Of a stretch of 64,000 nucleotides of DNA, positions 11,501 to 22,992 are shown piece by piece (positions within the stretch are counted from its first letter, which is position 1; every line of letters starts with the position of its first letter). A program made the position numbers and the translations under genes. The notes below the pieces were generated by a model. That model saw only the letters and a list, made by a program, of their open reading frames with translations. It did no database searches and had not been told where the DNA came from. Source of the stretch: Squalus acanthias (Eukaryota); the NCBI GenBank assembly GCA_030390025.1, contig CM059431.1, positions 139,626,001 to 139,690,000 of the forward strand, read 5' to 3'.

Positions 11501-13291
11501 AGAATGTCATTATATTATGATCGCTCCTTCCCAAGGGGCCTCGCACAAAAAGATTGCTAATTAATCCTTTCTCATTACATAATACCCAGTCTGAGATGGC
11601 CTGATCTCGAGTTGGTTCCTCAATATATTGGTCCAGGAAACCATCCCGTATCCACTCTAGGAATTCCTCCTCCACAGAATTGTTACTACTTTGATTAGCC
11701 CAATCTACATGCAGATTAAAGTCACCCATAATAACAGCCGTGCCCTTATTGCACGCATCTCTAATTTCCCGTTTAATGCCTTCCCCAAACTCAGCATTAG
11801 TGTTTGGGGGTCTGTATACAACTCCCACTAACGTTTTCTGCACCTTGGTATTTCTCAGCTCTACCCATACAGATTCCACATCATCAGAGCTAATATCCTT
11901 ACTTACTATTGTAGAAATATACTCTGTCATCTGTCATTGGGACAATGCTGGAATGCATTATTAAGGAAGTAATAGCAGGGCATTTGGAAAATAATAAGAC
12001 AATCAAGCAGAGTCAACATGGTTTTATGAAAGGAAATCGTGTTTGACAAATTTGCTAGAGATCTTTGAGGATGTAACTGACCGGGTGGATACAGGGGAAC
12101 CCGTAAATGTAGTGTATTTGGATTTTCAGAAGGCATTCAATAAGGTGCCACGTAAGATGTTACTGCACAAGATAAGAGCGCACGGGGTTGCGGGTAATAT
12201 ATTGGCATCGATAGGGGATTGGCTAACTAACAGATAACAGAGAGTCAGGATAAATGGGTCATCTTCGGGTTAGCAATCAGTAACTATTAGGGTGCCACAG
12301 GGATCAGTGCTGGGGCCTCAACTATTTACAATCTATATTAATGACTTGGATGAAGGGTCCGAGTGTACTTTAGACAATTTTGCTGACGTTACAAAGGTAG
12401 GTGGGTTAGCAAGTTTTGAGGAGGACACGAAGAAACTGCAAAGGGATATAGACAGGCTAAGTGAGGGGGTGAAATTGGCAGATTGAGTATAATGTGGGGA
12501 AATGTGAGGTTATCCACTTTGGAAGGAAGAATGAAAAAGCAAATAATTATTTAAATGGAGTGAGACTACAAAATGCTGCGGTACAACGGGATCTTGGGGT
12601 CCTAGTACATGAAAAACAAAAAGTTCTCATGCAGGTACAGCAATTCATTTGGAAGGCTAATGGAATGTTGGCCTTTATTGGAAAGGGAATGGAGTATAAA
12701 AATAGGGAAGTTTTGATGCAACTTTACAGGGCGCTTGTGAGACCGCACCTGGAGTACTGCATACAATTTTGGTCTCCATATTTAAGGAAGGATATACTTG
12801 CATTGGAGGCAGTGCAGAGAAGGTTCACTATGTTGATTCCTGGGAATAAGAGGTTGACGTATGATGAAAAGTTGAGTGGTTGGGCCTATACTCATTGGAG
12901 GTTAAATGAATGAGACATATACGATTCTGAGGGGGATTTACAGGGTGGATGATGAGATGATATTTACCCTAGTGGGGGTATCTAGAAATAGGGGACATAG
13001 TTTCAGAATAAGGATTCGCCCATTTAAGACGGAGATGAGGAGGAATTTCTTCTCTCAGAGGGTTGTGAGTCTTTGGAGCTCTCTACCCCAGAGAGCTGTG
13101 GAGGCTTGGTCTTTGAATATATTCAAGGCGGAGATTGACAGACATTTGAACTACAAGGGAGTAAAGGGGTATGTGGAGATAGCGGGAAGGTGGTGTTGAG
13201 TCCAAGATTGCATCAGCCATGATCTTATTGAATGGCTCAAGGGGCCGATTGGCCTATGCCTGCTCTTCTTTCTAATGTTCTTATGTTCTTA
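8545..13291 (+). mobile_element. CR1 LINE (5'-truncated, decayed), interrupted at 9241-11926 by another CR1
   Basis: ORFs 8550-9245 (PWLTKEVK..KSPGPDGLHPRVL..GNYRP.SLT) resume at 11927 ([36 protein letters not shown]). Tail (atgttctt)n ends about 13291. Confidence 0.93.
9241..11910 (-). mobile_element. CR1 LINE, endonuclease (partial) plus RT, nested in an older CR1
   Basis: ORFs 11358-11930 (ESVWVEL..GVVYRPP..IMGDFN..SDHN), 10205-11080, 9785-10183 (FADDTKL) and 9344-9754. Tail (catagaag)n at 9241-9263. Confidence 0.95.
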
Positions 13292-13359
13292 TTTACTATC
13301 TCCTTTCCATAATATGAAAATCAGAGCCTTTGAGCAACAATGTAAGTGTCGTGGTACAA

Positions 13360-13720
13360 CTATTACCGGAGGAGGAAGGTTAAGTTTAGTGTATGTTTAG
13401 GGTACCACTAAATATCGGAGTGGCACGGTCAGTTCTACTGTAAGCATAGGATATCAATACTACCAGAGTAGCACGTTCACCTCTAATGTACGTGTAGGGT
13501 ACCATCAGTACCAGTTAAGCATTGGCACCACTTGTGTAAGTGTTGAGGTACCACTAGTAGTGAGGGTGCATGTTTCACTCTTTTGTATGTTTAGCCAACC
13601 TCGAGCTCCACAGGAGCGCGCTCATCTCTCGTGTAATGCAGTCTATCACCAACACCAGAGGAGCACGGTCATCTCTACTGTAGGAGTAGGTTATAAATAG
13701 TACTGCAGGAGCAAGGTGAC
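13360..13720 (+). repeat. Decayed 49-bp minisatellite family, distal part of the array upstream of GPCR copy 1
   Basis: Recurring gtaccactagt..aggagcacggtca..tcta.tgtaag. Reverse complement of the array at 30480-31880. Confidence 0.75.
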
Positions 13721-13724
13721 CAGT

Positions 13725-16461
13725 GCGGGGAACTGAATATTCCAGGGTATTTGACAATTCGGAAGGATAGACAGAAAGGAAAGGGAGGTGGGGTGGCTTT
13801 GTTGGTGAAGGATGGGATCAGTACAGTGGTGAGAAGTGATATTGGCTCAGAACATCAAGATGTAGAATCGGTTTGGGTGGAGATAAAAATAATATGGGGA
13901 GAAAGTCTCTGGTGGGCGTAGTCTACAGGATCACGATCAGTAGCCATGCTGTTGGACAGAGTGTAAATTAGCAAATAATGGATGCCTGTTAAAAAGGTAC
14001 GGTAATAATAATGGGTGATTTCAATCTCCATATTGATTGGACAAATCAAAATGGCCATGGTAGCCTGGAGGAGGAGTTCATAGAGAGCATCCGGGATGGT
14101 TTCCTACAACAATATGTAATGGAATCAACCAGGGAGCAGGCTATCTTGGATCTGGTACTGTTTAAAGAGACATAATTAATAAATGACCTCATAGTAAAGG
14201 ATCCTCTAGGAAAGAGTGATCATAGCATGTTTGAATTTCAAATTCAGTTGGAGGGTGAGAAAGATGTATCTCAAACGAGTGTCCTGATCTTAAACAAAGG
14301 CAATTACAATGGCATGACGGCAGAACTGGCTAAAATTGACTTGAAAAAATAAATTAAATGGTAAGACAGTTCAAATGCAGTGTCGTATATTTAAGGATAT
14401 ATTTCATAACTCTCAACAAAAATAAATTCCAGTGAGAAAGAAAGATGTTAAGAGAAGGGAGCATCAGCCGTGGCTAACTAAGGAAGTAAAGGATGGTATC
14501 AAATTGCAAACTAAGGCATACAATGTTGCCAAGATTGGTGGGAGACCAGCGGATTGGGACATTTTTAAAACACAGCAAAGGATGACTAAAAAAAATAAAG
14601 AGAGAGAAGATGAATTATGAGAGTAAACTGGCAAGAAATATTAAAACAGATAGTAAGAGTTTCTACATGTATATAAAAAGGAAGAACGAGCTAAAGTAAA
14701 CGTTGGTCCCTTAGAGGATGAGGTTGGGGAATTAATAATGGGGAATGGGGAAATGGCAGAGACTCTGAACCAATATTTTGTATCTGTCTTCACGGTAGAG
14801 GATACTAACAACATCCCAATAATGGATAATCAAGGGTCGACAGATACGGGGTAACTAAAGACACTCACTCTCATTAAGGAAATAGTACTTGTTAAAGTAA
14901 TGCGACTAAAAGACGTTAAGTCCCCTGTAACAGATGGCCTGCACCCCAGGGTCTTAAAATAAGTGGCTGCAGAGATAGTGGATGCATTGTCTGCAATATA
15001 TCAAAATTCCCTGGACTCTGGAGAGGTCCCAGCGGATTGGAAAACCTCAAATGTAACACCCCTATTTAAGAAAGGAGGGAGACAGAAAGCAGGAAACAAT
15101 AGATAAGTTAGCCTATCATCTGTCGATGGGAAAATGCTGGAGTCATTCATTAAGGAAGCACGAGCAGGGCATTTGGAAAATCATAATGCAGTCAAGCAGA
15201 GTCAGCATGGTTTTATGAGAGGGAAATCAAGTTTAACAAATTTGCTGGATTTCTTTGAGGTTGTAATGAGCAGGGTGGACAAAGGTGAGCCAGTGGATGT
15301 GGTGTATTTGGATTTCCAGAAGGCATTCGAGAAGGTGCCATATAAAAGGTTACTGCATCAGATAAGAGCTCACGGAATTGGGGGTAATATTTTGGCATAG
15401 ATAGAGAATTCGCTAACTAACAGAAACCAGAGATTCGGTATAAATGGGTCATTTTCCGGTTGGCAAACTGTAACTACTGGAGCGCCACAGTGATCGGTGA
15501 TTTGGCATCAACTATTTACAATCTACATTAATGACTTGGATGAAGGGACTGGGTGTAATGTAGCCAAGTTGGCGGATGATACAAAGATGGGTGGCAAAAC
15601 AAGTTGTGAGGAGGGCTCAAAGAATCTGCAATGGGATATAGATAGGCTAAGTAAGTGGGCAAACATTTTGCAGATGGAGTATAATGTGGGAACGTGCGAG
15701 TTTATCCACTTTGGTAGGAAAAATTAAAAAGCAAACTATTATTTAAATGGAGAGAGATTACAAAATAGTACAGTTCAGAGGGACGACAAGTAATCAAAAA
15801 GAAAAATGGAATGTTGGCCTTTATTTCAAGGGGGTTGGAGTATAAAAGCAGGGCAGTCCTGCTATCGCTGTACAGGGTATTGGTGAGACCACACCTTGAG
15901 TACTGCGTACAGTTTTGGTCTCCTTATTTAAGGAAGGATATATTTGCATTGGAGGCAGTTGAGAGACGATTCACACGTTTGATTCCTCAGATGAGGGGGT
16001 TGACTTAAGTAGAAGGTTGAGCAGGTTGGGCCTATAATCATTGGAATTAAGAAGAATGAGAGGTGATCTTATTAAAATATATAAGATATTGAGGGGGCTC
16101 GACAAGGTAGATGCAGAGAGGATGTTTCCCCTCGTGGGGAATTCTAAAACTCGGGGGCAAAGTTTCAGAATAAAGGGTCGCCCTTTTAAAACTGAGATGA
16201 GAAGGAATTTCTTCTCTCAGAATTATTAACGCAGATTGTGGAATTCTCTGCCCCAGAGAGCCGTGGAGGCTGGGTCATTAAATACATTTAAGGTGGAGAT
16301 AGACAGATTTGTACAAATACGGGAGTGAATGGTTATGGGGAGCGGGCAGGGAAGTGGCTTTGAGCCCAGGATCAGCCATGATCTTATTGAATGGCGGAAA
16401 AGGCTTGAGGGGCCAAGTGGCCTATTCCTGCTATTATTTCTTATGTTCTTATGTTCTTATG
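13725..16461 (+). mobile_element. CR1 LINE (EN plus RT, decayed) inserted into the 49-bp array
   Basis: gatagacagaaaggaaagggaggtggggtggc (DR..GGGVA), ORFs 14432-16229 with RT motifs, tail (ttcttatg)n to 16461. Confidence 0.93.
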
Positions 16462-16800
16462 TAACACTAGTGTTAGTGTAGGGAACACCGAGTACTGGAG
16501 GAGCACGGTCACCACTAGTTTAGTGTAGAGTACCCTGAGTACTGGAGGAGCACGGTCACCACTAGTGTCAGTGTAGGCTACCACAAGTACTGGAGGAGCA
16601 TGATCATCTCAAACGTAAGTGTTAGGTATCACCAGTACTGTAGGAGTGTGGTCAACTCTAGTGTAAATGTGCAGGTAACACTAGTACCAGAGGAGCACGA
16701 TCACCTCTAGTGTAAGTGTAGCTGATCACTAACAGTGGAGGAGCACGGTCACCTCTAACGCTGCAGGACGGGTGTCATCACCAATATTGCAGGATTTATT
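16462..16800 (+). repeat. 49-bp minisatellite, proximal part upstream of GPCR copy 1
   Basis: Units like gagtactggaggagcacggtcaccactagtgtcagtgtagg. Confidence 0.85.
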
Positions 16801-17118
16801 TCAGCTCCGGTTCTGGAGGGGATGGAGAGCTATGAGTCAGTGAAGGGCAGGGTTCTAGCGATTGCTGCCAGTGTAGCTGCTTCCACCAGTCCTGCTGGAA
16901 TAGGGTCAGCACCAGTATTGGGTGATTCCAGTTTCCATTCGTAAAGAATGATTGAATTGTGTGTTTTTTTGAAACTGTCCAATAACAATTTCTCTTATTT
17001 CTCTTAATCTGACATATCAGACAAGAGAAACAACTTACCTCACGTTATTTGTTAAATGACTGTATCTAATGCTAATTATGAGTTAACATGATTGACTCCC
17101 TGGCGGATTGATGTGTGG

Positions 17119-17127
17119 ATAAATATA
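17119..17127 (+). promoter_or_regulatory. Putative TATA box of GPCR copy 1
   Basis: ataaatata about 80 bp upstream of the ATG. The paralog has tataaata at the equivalent position (30128-30135, minus). Confidence 0.45.
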
Positions 17128-17204
17128 GGTTCCCTTCCATTGCCTCAGCCATGCGTCAGTCAGATTCCCTCAGCTGCTGCAGAATTCATTTATTCTCACA
17201 GAAA

Positions 17205-18613
17205 ATGGGGCGACCAGCTATACTGCTAGTCAAAGAGATTTACTATCCGATTCTCGCAGCTGTCGGTGTCCCCGGTAAGTCATTGTAACCTGTTTGTTGT
17301 TAATCTGTGTTAACTGTTTCTGTGTTCTTGCAGCCTGTTGCATAAGGTAACTGTTTTACGGAAGTCAGCATTGCACAATGAACCGCGTTTCACACTCCGC
17401 GCTTTTCCTTTAATCTGATAACCTTACTGAAGTTCAATGCCCTTTGAAGCTCCGACACAAGGAATTTATGGATTTACGGACAGTCTTGTCAACACGTGCA
17501 GAGTGAGCGTTGCAGCAGCTCATTAAAATGTGTGGGTGGGTTTCCCAGGTAATGGCTCCAATATTAATCATTTTCTTACACTGCCTCCTGTTGATAATTA
17601 CACTGAATGGAGTAAAATGCCCTCAACAGGTATCTACATATGTATTTCTATCAGACACTGGAACATTATTTCTCTCCTCTCTCTTTCTTACAGCGAACTT
17701 GGTGACAATCGTGATTCTCTGCCGAGGAAACTGCGGCGTTTCCAAGTGTATCTCTATCTATACGGTGGCCATGGCAACAGCAGATCTACTGGTCATGATC
17801 ATTAATGTAATGGCGTATTATATTTTAAATTATCACTTTCCACTTTCCTTCATGTCCCAGACTCCCGTGTGTAAGTTAAATCTATACATGAATGCTGTCA
17901 CCTTCGATTTGTCTGTATGGTTCACCGTCTCCTTCACATTTGACCGATGTGTAGTTATCTGCTGCCAGAAGTTTAAAGTAAAGTATTGCACCGAGAGAAC
18001 TGCGGCCGCGGTTATAACATCGTTCTCTGTTTTGAGTTTTTTAAAGGGCATTGTCGTTTTTTTTGCATATGAATTTGAGCAAATAATTAACAAGGTGCAG
18101 TGGGGCTGTCGGTCAAGTGTAGCATTTTTTTCCGCACCTCCAGGTGAAGCGTATCTCTGGTTTCACATCATATGGCTCGTTTGGCTTCCCTTTACCTTAA
18201 TGGCTTTGTTTAATTATTTGACCGTCAGACGTATTTTAATGGCTATCAGAACCCGCAGGGGACTCCGGGGTCACACGAGTGAGAATCAGAGCGATCCAGA
18301 GATGGAGAACCGAAGGAAATCCATCATTTTGCTCTTCGCTATATCGGGCAGTTTTATATTGCTTTGGCTGACAACTGCCGTGAATTTGTTAATTACCAGA
18401 ATGACAAACATCAATTATTACCGAGGCGACCGCACAAACCCAGCTTATATCGCCACTGAAACCGGAGCCATGCTAAAGCTTTTGAGTTCCTGTATAAACC
18501 CGTGTATTTATGCAGCGACCCAAAGGAAGTTCAGAGAAGAGCTGAAGAAGGTGCTGAAATCTCCCTGGACACTGATTCTAAGACTGGTTAAACATGAAAG
18601 AAAGCCGAACTAG
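17205..18613 (+). CDS. GPR139/GPR142-like class A GPCR, copy 1; exons 17205-17274 and 17694-18613, 329 aa
   Basis: Exon 1 MGRPAILLVKEIYYPILAAVGVP ends G|gtaagt. Acceptor ctttcttacag|CG restores GVPAN (TM1). Motifs AMATADLL, FTFDRC, ECL2 Cys (WGC), NPCIY. No stops or frameshifts. Confidence 0.92.
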
Positions 18614-20084
18614 AGCTTTGGTTGGGACATTAGAATTCCGTTCTAGCTCGTGTTCCAGCTTAGACTGGGGTTCTCTCTGCTAACCGCTACATAAGGATTG
18701 TTCTTGTAAAACCTCACAGGTACACAAGTATATTTGAATTATATTTGGGCCCCTTTGTAGAATTTACGCCAACATGGACTGTGGGTTTCCGCAGTTCTTT
18801 GACCGAGTGCTTCCTCCCAAACAAGGTCATTCCCCCTTAAGTATGAAAAATGTCAGTGATGAAGTGAACTTCAATAGTGTGATACAATAGTTTACCAATT
18901 GGTTAAATATCTGATTCTGCGAGAAGTGTAATCCATTCTACCATATATTGAACGGATAATTCACCAATTTTAGGGAAAGATTTTGCCGTTTACAACTCCC
19001 GCTTCCCTTACTATTTCTAGCAGGTTTGGTGAAAATGTTGCTTGGACTGATTGCAGCTGCAAGGGCCGCTTCACCCCTTCTCCAGGGAATAAGGAGCGGT
19101 GCCGCTGTCCCCTTCACAGCGTTGGGATGTTTTACCACTTTTTGAATGTTTACTGGAGTTACCTCGCTTTAGCTGTTTTTTCTGATGACTCTATTAATGA
19201 GAAATAGCTGAAGGCTGCCCAGCAACAAATAAAGTTGTTACTTGCTGTTACTAAATGTATGATGGTGAATCTGACTGCTATAAATGTGAATCAGCGACCC
19301 TGTAACCTGGAAGCACAGAGTAAGAAATACAAATTCCTAATCGGGGCATTTCAGGCATGGATCAGTAACCAGGACTCACATATATTAATATGAAATAACC
19401 TGCTCTGTGTGTTGGTGCACAGAGAGTGCCGCTTAATACCCAGACCGTTTTACCAACTGATGTTGACCAGGTATCCCCAGTGCAAGGCGGTGTATTCGGA
19501 GCTCTGTCCGCCACCACTGGGGACCTAGGTTTGAGAGCAATGCTCGAGGCAAAGGCTTCAGTGGAAGATTTGAACGAATTAAATCGATTTTTATCCACCC
19601 GATAATATCTGAGCCTCGGTAGAAGCTGTATACCAATTTATTCTGCAGTATATTGATTGGAGATTGGAAGATGATGTGGAGAAGCTGTTCCTCGAACTGG
19701 GTAAATCCACTGTTCACACTGCAGGATGTGTAAGAAAGTCAGAGGACTGTCTCTGACTGCTTCCGCTGTTCTATTCAGTTTACCGGCTTGCACATATAAA
19801 CAGAGAACACTGTTATATTAATTGCTCTGTTGGTTTAAACTGATTGGCTTGCATGCGTTTTATTTTCGACAGCTGGGTTGTATTTTTTCGCGGTGCCTTC
19901 CATCTACTGCATGCCTGTAGTTTTCCTGATGATGTCGTTTTCCGCCCAGTGCCGGAATCACCCGCCCACAATAAAAGGGGACGGTGGGGGAAGGAGCGAG
20001 GTTGATTACTGTTACAGCTCTTCCATTGCCTGTCTATCATGGGTTAGCGTTCAAGTGAAAAACAGTAACATCTCATTTAAACGT

Positions 20085-20465
20085 ATACAATTCTGACAGG
20101 GCTAGATAGACTTACTGCAGGGAGGATGTTTCCGCTGTCTGGGAAGTCTAGAACGAAGCGTGACAGTCTCAGGATACGGGGTAGGACATATAGGACTGAG
20201 ATGAAGAGAAATTTATTCACTCAGAGGATGGTGAACATCTGGAATTCTCTACCAGAGAAGGCTGTGGCGGCCAAGTCAATTAATATATTTAAGAAGGAGA
20301 TAGACCGATTTTTAGACGCAAAAGACATCAAGGGCCATGGGAGGAGAGCGGGAATAAGGTATTGAGATAGAGGATCTGCCAGGATCATATTGAATGATGG
20401 AGCAGGCTCGAAGGGCTGAATGGCCTACTCCTGCTCCTATCTTTCCATGTTTCTATTTCTATCTA
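20085..20465 (+). mobile_element. CR1 3' fragment
   Basis: ORF 20126-20365 (MFPL.G.SRT..SLRIRG..RN.FTQR), 3' UTR and tail tttctat repeats. Confidence 0.9.
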
Positions 20466-20609
20466 ACCGAGATTGGAGTTCGGTAAAGAATTCCGCACAG
20501 TTACAGGATTAGGCCTTGGTTGGTATCTCTGAACTTCCGGTGTCCTGGTCAGTATTTATCACTCAACGAGCAGAAATACAAGCAGATTGAGAGTTTACAA
20601 CAGATTTTT

Positions 20610-20793
20610 GGGGTGAAATTCGACTTGGGCGGTAATGCAAAATTAACGGAATCCCATTTACCGACCGCCATACCACATGCCCGATATTCAATTGTATTGA
20701 ATTCATTGGAATTCAATATCGGGTGAAGCGTGTAACAGGTGAGCGATGCGATACCGCCAATTTTGCGACACCCGCCCATGCCCAATTTCACTC
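20610..20793. mobile_element. Palindromic MITE-like non-autonomous DNA element
   Basis: ggggtgaaatt..tgggcgg..gcaaaatt pairs with aattttgc..ccgccca..aatttcactc. Centre cccgatattcaatt / aattcaatatcggg. Confidence 0.7.
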
Positions 20794-20799
20794 TATCTG

Positions 20800-20920
20800 G
20801 TCATTTAACTGATTGCTGTGTGTGGGACCTCGCTGTGTTCAATTTGATTTTGCATTTCCTGTCTTTACAACATTGACTATAAGTCAAAATTATTGTTTGA
20901 AAGGTGCTATATAAATGCAA
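20800..20920 (+). mobile_element. SINE 3' fragment (Deu-type)
   Basis: attgctgtgtgtgggacctcgctgtg...tttcctg..ttacaaca..gactat...aggtgctatataaatgcaag, the reverse complement of the SINE tail at 7043. Confidence 0.6.
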
Positions 20921-22992
20921 GGGGCTGGAGGCTCGTCTTGTGCAGTAGCGGAAAATCATATCACCGCCTGTTATAGGACCCGGCCAATATTGCGGTGAAG
21001 ATCCGGCGGAGGATGTAATAGGTGACCCGCCCGTGGCCAAGTTAACCCAAGTTCATTATTTCCAGCCAAATCTCCGGAATTGGTTAGAAGGAGTAATTCA
21101 GTGTCCCCAATATTATCTGTTTTTAGCACAAGTTGAAAAGTCCATTTAGGCTTAGTAGAATCTGAATATTATGAATGACGAACATTTTCAATTTCGGCCT
21201 GGTCGGAAATGTGACTGAAGCGGACTGTCCGCCAGTCATACACTGCGCCCGAATTTTCCTTTTCACTGACTATAATGAAAAGTCATTTGTGTTGGTGTAA
21301 AATCCATTGCTGCCAATCGGCAGATTTCACTAAAGCGGAGGAAAGTTCAGTTAAATAACAGAATTATTGAATTGTTTCCTATTTTCGGAATACTAATTGA
21401 TAAAATACCGACACTGTTGAAGCAGCCAGCTATTGTTTAAAGACTCTTTACAATCAAAATCAGTTGTGCAGTGGCAGCATTTGGATTGTGGATCAACTTT
21501 TGCTTCTTTTAGATGCAACCTAGTCTCTCATAAATTCTTAGAGGCAGTAACAGATTTAAATGTTTGCTATAATTCTATTGCATAATGAAGTAGAAAGAAC
21601 GACTTGATTATTTCGCGTGTAAATCGCGTGAAGTTCTCAATCGTATATCTACAAGTCGGAAGACGATGATCGCGTTGGATGTGTTTGTATAACAGTGCAG
21701 AGAGTTCTGTAGTTGTAGACTGTTACTGGAGGATTACACGGCTCCGTCCTGAGTCTGACGGCGGCACTTATCATTGGAATCTGCAACTTATTCCACTCAA
21801 TGGTAGAAGAATCTAAAGGGAGCATTAGCTCAGCCGGAATTAATTACATATTGCGTTATATTAAAGGAAAGAAATTAAATGCCCAGCGCTATTGCCCACA
21901 AGGTTAATCATCGCGCAAAAACAGTAAACATAAATATTAACGATTTATTTGTTATCCTTGAACTACAAAAGTAAAAGAAAACAGCTGAACAAACAAACTG
22001 CAGGGAGTGAAAGATGCAGGAGCTCCTGAATAGAATTGGTGACACGTCACAGAATCGGCTGAGCGTTGCACCCATTGGCTGTTAGTGTCCGAAGTGTGAC
22101 GAATCAGATTTAATTTTTAAACACCTCGCCTATGTCAGCAGGGAACCGGTACTCCAGAATTTGGCGTTCTTCAGTATGCCCGCAGGAAATGAGGTCACAG
22201 TCGGATGGTCTAAGAAAAGGAAATGTGTCGTTGGTCAGTGTATGTGTCAGAATGCTTCGGCTTTCTCAGTGACCAGATGTCATTTTCCCCAGTCCCGGAA
22301 ATCCAACGGACCACCAAATTAGGGGAGTAAAACCCAACATCAAGTCCGTCAGCCCCGGGATATCAGTTCACTCTACAACTTTTCCAGCAAAGAAAATCAA
22401 ATAATCGGAACACAAGTCAGTGCAAGTTGGAAATTGAGTCTGTTCCGACCAACGTCCATGCGCAGTAATGCCTAAAAAGCCATATATCACGACAGATTCT
22501 ATTTTATTTTATTGTATTTCATTTTATTTTAACTTACTCTATCTTCAACTTGACTTTAAGCTGCCATCGTGATTTTGACTCTGTTTAATTTAGATGTAAC
22601 AATTTACATTGATAACCACAATGTCATTGTTCGTAGTGAGTTGCAGGGCTGTGTGTAAATTTAGCAAATGTGGTACTAAGGACGGGGAGAGACTGACAGT
22701 GGGAAGCGGATCTGGGATCTTGACGTAACTTTGGGAGATGTGGGCTCACAGTGAAGAGCTCAGACTGCAAAGAACGACATAAAGTGACGAGAGCCTTCTG
22801 CAAGGCCTTTTCCCGCAATAACCACTAACAGTTAAGTAAGTAGTAAATAGTTTCCATTCCATATAAGAGAAAGTTTAGTGAATCGGAAACGCATAACAGT
22901 GTTTTTATTTAAGGTTAGTGGATCAAATGAAGCGCATCAATATCTATAAACAATCATCACAGTCCATTACTAAATATAATAAACGACATTGT

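Noticed and set aside
17510..17693. ORF-track N-termini of the GPCRs (17510, 29756, 42868) as the true starts
   Set aside because: A conserved upstream 70-nt exon with canonical splice sites completes TM1 in all three copies.
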